A DNA stretch of 20,746 nt from Candidatus Hermodarchaeota archaeon (GTDB taxonomy: Archaea; Asgardarchaeota; Hermodarchaeia; Hermodarchaeales; Hermodarchaeaceae), in contig JAEOUH010000026.1 of the NCBI GenBank assembly GCA_016839365.1, forward strand, positions 1 to 20,746. The letters run 5' to 3'. Position numbers and translations under genes: made by a program. The notes below the pieces were generated by a model. The model worked only from the letters and a program-made list of their open reading frames with translations, ran no database searches and had not been told where the DNA came from. Positions 16,979-20,746 of this stretch are shown in pieces. How positions within the stretch are numbered: the first letter of the stretch is position 1; the number at the start of each line of letters is the position of its first letter.

Positions 16979-17012
16979 TCATCTCAAGAGAAAGGCATTT
17001 AGGGAATAGCTA

Positions 17013-17489
17013 ATGAAGAGGGAAGAATTTGGAGGTTTTCTCTTGTCAGATCCAATGACCCGAATAACTAAGGCAACGATGGATTTGAAGAAATTCACCA
17101 GTGTGTTTAATTACTGGACTTTCCTTATCATTGTCATCTATGCAGTGCTTTTGTTTGGCAGTTTCCTCCTTCCCTTTGTCTTCGTAGAACCCTTTGTCGC
17201 CATTGTTGCAACTGTAACCTTGTTCTTCATCATAATTGCTTTTCTTGCCGTTCTTTTTGTTAAGGACACGCAGAAGGCAATTCTACTAACAATCATTCGA
17301 GCTTTCATCGGTGCAGTTCTACCCATAGCATTAATTGTCCTTAGTGTTGGTCCACTAAGCGTATACATCAAGCTCCTAGGAGTTGCACTGTTGCTCGTTG
17401 GGTTAATCATTCTCTACTTCCTTCTACGCCCATTGCTAACCATGAATGCTGCAACAAAGGAGCTGCTTAAAGGCCTAAAACCCAAGTAG
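17013..17489 (+). CDS. Hypothetical four-TM membrane protein
   Basis: Four hydrophobic helices and a basic C-terminus. The true start may be the in-frame TTG at 17043, 6 nt after GGAGGT (17031-17036). Confidence 0.78.
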   Translation: MKREEFGGFLLSDPMTRITKATMDLKKFTSVFNYWTFLIIVIYAVLLFGSFLLPFVFVEPFVAIVATVTLFFIIIAFLAVLFVKDTQKAILLTIIRAFIGAVLPIALIVLSVGPLSVYIKLLGVALLLVGLIILYFLLRPLLTMNAATKELLKGLKPK

Positions 17490-17536
17490 GCCCACCATCA
17501 GAAACTCCTAAAGGGTACGACAGCGTCCTATTCAAT

Positions 17537-17781
17537 GAGCATGCGGACGTCAACGATGACGAACATGCACCTAACCAGAGCCACTCATCACGGCGTATGA
17601 CGGAATTGATCTGCTCGGAGGTTAGCGTCCGCAGCTCGCATTTTATAAACAGAATTTAATGGGATTGAGGCTAGAAATGGCTCGATCTCAATGCATGAGC
17701 TGTGCAAACATCGGGAGCACAACTGGTTATTCTTCTCGGGTTCAAACATGTCAAGGACTTTTGTAGTGCTCCAAATTTGCG
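17537..17781 (+). ncRNA. Candidate structured non-coding RNA / cis-regulatory element of unknown family
   Basis: Several hand-found helices of 7-13 bp in a 382-bp intergenic gap. G-U pairs and a GAAA tetraloop favour the + strand. I recognise no known family consensus. Confidence 0.4.
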
Positions 17782-17816
17782 AGTAACAATGTTTCAAAAC
17801 CTCTAGCGTACAGTGA

Positions 17817-17850
17817 ATAAAACTTGAATAGTTAACGACAAGTTTTATAT
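17817..17850 (+). promoter_or_regulatory. Perfect inverted repeat ATAAAACTTG-N12-CAAGTTTTAT overlapping the TATA box (TTTTATAT) of the PRTase gene
   Basis: Arms at 17817-17826 and 17839-17848. TATA at 17843-17850 ends 21 nt before ATG 17872 (leaderless spacing). Confidence 0.55.
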
Positions 17851-17871
17851 CTAGGATAGATATCTAGCAAT

Positions 17872-18483
17872 ATGGCAATCACGTACGAATTCGTTTGGTG
17901 GGAGCGGCTCTACGAACTGTGTTTTTTGCTCTATGAGATGATCGTAGATTCAGGATATCAACCTGATGTCATTGTCGGGGTTGCACGTGGAGGGTGGATT
18001 CCCGCTCGAATTCTCTCTGATCTCTTTTTCACACGGGATACTGCAAATGTTAAAGTGGATTTGTATCGGGGAATCTATGCAAGGGATCAAGAGCCCCAGA
18101 TCAGCCAAAAAATCCCACGTGATATGAAGTGGGAAAGCCCCCTACTAGTTGATGACATTTCTGATACAGGGGACAGTCTGACGGTGGCTGGAGAACATCT
18201 GAAACAACGAGGTTATAAGAATCCCCGAACAGCGACGATGCACATGAAACCATGGACAAAATTAGTTCCAGACTATTATGTGGTGAAAACCGAAGCCTGG
18301 GTTGTCTACCCCTGGGAGTTAAAGGAATTTACATTTAATTTGTCGTCGCGTCTAGCGAAAGAGGGGAAATCCCGGCATGAAATCGCTGGACACTTATTCG
18401 AAGTTGGAGTGCCTATCCACTATGCGAAGCTTTTCCTTGAACAGTGGTTTGAACTAAATGAGCAAAGAGCTTCCAGGGAATAA
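17872..18483 (+). CDS. Type I phosphoribosyltransferase, archaeal hypoxanthine/guanine/xanthine PRTase-like
   Basis: VIVGVARGGWIPARILSD, PRPP-binding LLVDDISDTGDSL, PDYY and WVVYPWE. Confidence 0.9.
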   Translation: MAITYEFVWWERLYELCFLLYEMIVDSGYQPDVIVGVARGGWIPARILSDLFFTRDTANVKVDLYRGIYARDQEPQISQKIPRDMKWESPLLVDDISDTGDSLTVAGEHLKQRGYKNPRTATMHMKPWTKLVPDYYVVKTEAWVVYPWELKEFTFNLSSRLAKEGKSRHEIAGHLFEVGVPIHYAKLFLEQWFELNEQRASRE

Positions 18484-18533
18484 CCGTAATCTAAAGTTAA
18501 GGCAAAGAAATCAAAATAGGTAAGGACTCAGCT

Positions 18534-19721
18534 TCATTTGGATGGCTCCTTGTCGACCTGTTTGAACGAATACTCTTTGCTTCCAACACCTAGTTCCGCG
18601 GCATAGTCTAATTGAAGCAGATGGCATTGAGTTGGCGTCTTTTCACCAGTATGTGGATCAGGCCAAGGTGTAGCAACCGCTAGTTTATCCTCACCTGGGG
18701 CAATGTCTCCACATGCCGAACTCGGAATTGGGAGCGCCTCATTCAGCTTGTCGATGCTGGCAGCATCAATAGCTACGGGATCTCTGGAGGCAAAAATCCC
18801 AAGATCAGGCACCATAGCCTGTGGTCCGACCGGCATACAATCACAAAATTCGCTGATATCCAAAGCGACATTGAAATAAAAGAAACGATCACGGCCCACC
18901 CCTTCCAGCACACCAAGGGCGTTTTCTATCATCCGTTCGGTTGATGCAGGTGGGTTCTCCCCCCATTTCGCTGTGATGGCTTTCGCTTCGGCTTGGCGAC
19001 ACGCAGAAACACAATGGATACAATGAACACACCGATCAAAATCAATGACGACCTTGGGATCCACAGTAATACAACGAGTGGGACAAACGCGTTCACACTT
19101 TCGACAATCAGGTCCTTTGCACTCTTCAGCATTGACTATTGGGTTATCCGGGCCATGCATCATGGTCTTACTATATTTGCCCACACAGCCAATCCCGAGA
19201 TTCTTCAAGGTTCCACCCATCCCGGTGCCTCCGTGCCCTTTGAAGTGGGTCATCACAACGACAACATCGGCATCGCGGAGTGCCATGGCGACTTCGACTC
19301 GGTCCAGGTGCTTCCCTTTGATAGGTACAGTGAAGGTGTCTGCACCCCAATACCCATCAAGGAGTACAATGGGAGCCCCCATCGTCCCAATAGTATACCC
19401 GTTTGCTGCCGCCATCTTGTAATATTCAGCGGCTGTGGTCCGTCCGCCGTATAAACCAGCTCCATATCCTAATCCTGCAGTTTCGGCGAGAATCGGCCAA
19501 CCTTTCAGGGCTTTCACTAAGTCCACAACTTTACGCATCAAAGCTGGACGCATATACATGAGATTGCCATAAGCACCAAAATGGGTCTTGATGATAACCC
19601 GGTCATCTTCTTTGATAGCCTTATTGAGCCCGATTTTTTTCCAAAGAACTTCAAGTTTGTCAAGCATGGAATATCGTGGCCACACAGTTCGATCCACGAA
19701 TAATACATCAGGTGTTGTCAT
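18534..19721 (-). CDS. DUF362 family protein with inserted 2x[4Fe-4S] ferredoxin domain
   Basis: IKTHFG, THFKGH, GGTLKNLGIGC, CKGPDCRKCERVCP, CVHCIHCVSAC, CDC and ASRDPVAIDAAS. Confidence 0.9.
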   Translation of the reverse strand: MTTPDVLFVDRTVWPRYSMLDKLEVLWKKIGLNKAIKEDDRVIIKTHFGAYGNLMYMRPALMRKVVDLVKALKGWPILAETAGLGYGAGLYGGRTTAAEYYKMAAANGYTIGTMGAPIVLLDGYWGADTFTVPIKGKHLDRVEVAMALRDADVVVVMTHFKGHGGTGMGGTLKNLGIGCVGKYSKTMMHGPDNPIVNAEECKGPDCRKCERVCPTRCITVDPKVVIDFDRCVHCIHCVSACRQAEAKAITAKWGENPPASTERMIENALGVLEGVGRDRFFYFNVALDISEFCDCMPVGPQAMVPDLGIFASRDPVAIDAASIDKLNEALPIPSSACGDIAPGEDKLAVATPWPDPHTGEKTPTQCHLLQLDYAAELGVGSKEYSFKQVDKEPSK

Positions 19722-19879
19722 CGATACCTAACCTCTATGAGATCACAAGTAACCGTTCTATCAAGCTTAGATGGCTTCCTTTATTCAATTTACCCTTTTT
19801 TCATTGAATCTCGTACAAAAGGACATGAGGTCCTCCCAGCAGCAAGATTTTTGGCAAGTTAGAACATGGCTGACCAGTA

Positions 19880-20470
19880 ATGAAATCACTCTTTTTTTCA
19901 GATCTCCATGGAGACCAACAAGCAATTACTCGCATCAAGACTCTATTAGCAAAAGTTGATGTGGGGTTTGGGCTTGGGGATTTCGCCACTTTTGGGAAGG
20001 GGCTCCCTCAAACCATTCAACCCCTCGTAAGCGGCACTGAGGTGTATTTTGTTCCAGGGAATCACGATGACGCAGAGGAACTCAATTGGCTGTGCGAAGA
20101 GCATGAGGTATTCCATTACCTCCACGGAGAACACGTAAGTCTGGATAATAAGACGTTTGCTGGGCTAGGCGGGGGGTTACCTGGGCTACCCTTTGGGCTG
20201 ACGGAAGAAAAGCTTCAACAGGTTCTAAACCGCTTCTACTATCTTGAAAATCTGGTGTTATGTACCCATACTCCACCCTTCGGGACGAATGTGGATGTAA
20301 CGTGGGGTGGTAGTCATATTGGGTACCGGGCTCTTCGGGACTTTGTCACAGAAGTGCAGCCTTTAGCTGTCTACAGTGGACATGTCCATGAAGCTGAAGG
20401 GAAAACAGATCGCCTTGGGGTCACCGAATTAAAGAGTGTAGGCCCGAATGGGTTGATTGTCGACATCTGA
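19880..20470 (+). CDS. Calcineurin-like metallophosphoesterase (Icc-related)
   Basis: All five motifs are present: SDLHG, LGDF, PGNHD, HTPP and GHVHE. Confidence 0.92.
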   Translation: MKSLFFSDLHGDQQAITRIKTLLAKVDVGFGLGDFATFGKGLPQTIQPLVSGTEVYFVPGNHDDAEELNWLCEEHEVFHYLHGEHVSLDNKTFAGLGGGLPGLPFGLTEEKLQQVLNRFYYLENLVLCTHTPPFGTNVDVTWGGSHIGYRALRDFVTEVQPLAVYSGHVHEAEGKTDRLGVTELKSVGPNGLIVDI

Positions 20471-20666
20471 CGAACAGTCCACTAATACACGATACCAGCC
20501 GGCTTTCGTTCCTTGCCGGGAATGTCTATATTTTTATACCTCTTTGAATCTATTCTCGCTTAGCTCTCAACCCCAATCAGAAATGAGTCGGCTTCATCGA
20601 GATTCGTATTTTCTCAATGTAGCTGAAAACTTTTCTGAGGACGGTCTCTTGGAGGAGCCGAATAAA

Positions 20667-20746
20667 ATGGAAAGAAACGAGATATGTGCACTTGCACTCA
20701 TGATAATCCTTGTAGTAGCTACTATTGGCATTACTGCTTGGGTACT
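20667..20746 (+). CDS. 5' end of a membrane-anchored or secreted protein (partial; MERNEICALALMIILVVATIGITAWV...)
   Basis: ATG 20667 is preceded by GGAGG, encodes an N-terminal hydrophobic helix and stays open to the window end. An in-frame upstream ATG exists at 20583. Confidence 0.6.
   Translation, partial: MERNEICALALMIILVVATIGITAWV

Noticed and set aside
17555-17572. Short antisense resemblance to the archaeal 16S rRNA segment AGGTGCATG
   Set aside because: Only about 9 contiguous bases match, and the flanking plus-strand C/D boxes are degenerate. Compatible with chance.
17487-17600. TAG stop of the 4-TM protein followed by 36 open codons and hairpins (pyrrolysine-like read-through)
   Set aside because: TAG is used as an ordinary stop by several clear genes here (ade, thiI, acdA). 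The extension is not protein-like and no pyl genes are in view.
17714-17773. tRNA-like 7-bp stem GGAGCAC/GTGCTCC containing GGTTCAAA
   Set aside because: Only about 60 nt long, the T-loop-like motif is misplaced, and there is no D or anticodon arm. Kept only as a helix of the candidate ncRNA.
17528-17797. Minus-strand 69-aa ORF (CSRCLHSSC) ending in tandem TGA TGA with 18 further open codons, considered as a possible selenoprotein
   Set aside because: TTG start without SD, no recognisable fold, no redox-motif context for the UGAs and no convincing SECIS geometry. The region is better explained as non-coding structure.
3111-20276. Numerous other 60-165 aa ORFs overlapping the called genes
   Set aside because: They lie antisense or out of frame within genes that have strong family motifs, and they have no motifs or SD support of their own.
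20499-20519. CCGGC/GCCGG hairpin after the metallophosphoesterase
   Set aside because: Only 5 bp with an 11-nt loop and no adjacent U-tract. Too weak to call a terminator.
1-20746. CRISPR arrays, transposases, integrases, rRNA/tRNA genes, defence systems
   Set aside because: No periodic repeats, terminal inverted repeats with target duplications, or diagnostic protein/RNA motifs were seen.

Overview
Gene-dense archaeal-type chromosomal window with about 20 CDS. The archaeal reading rests on GGAGGT/GGTGA ribosome-binding sites, TATA boxes about 22-28 nt before some start codons, a CXXC+C type ThiI, a stand-alone ADP-forming acyl-CoA synthetase alpha subunit and an archaeal-type purine PRTase. 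An Asgard-like anaerobe is plausible but cannot be proven from this window. In order, the genes are: two tandem ArsB/NhaD/SLC13 (P-protein-like) transporter paralogs, an orphan membrane protein, adenine deaminase, a PSP-like HAD, an N-terminally extended UbiA prenyltransferase, a class III aminotransferase, a small membrane protein, an SCP2 lipid-binding protein, a SufR-like wHTH regulator, ThiI, a multi-zinc-finger/SAM methyltransferase fusion, AcdA, a second HAD, MtnA, a membrane protein, a purine phosphoribosyltransferase, a DUF362 Fe-S protein and a metallophosphoesterase. No rRNA, tRNA, CRISPR array or mobile element was found. The most unusual unexplained signal is a ~250-nt, densely base-paired non-coding element (17537-17781) with mutually exclusive folds upstream of the purine PRTase. 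Next are the FYVE-spaced zinc domain fused to a methyltransferase, the fused AT-rich UbiA, and the transporter pair that has lost its first conserved ion/substrate motif.
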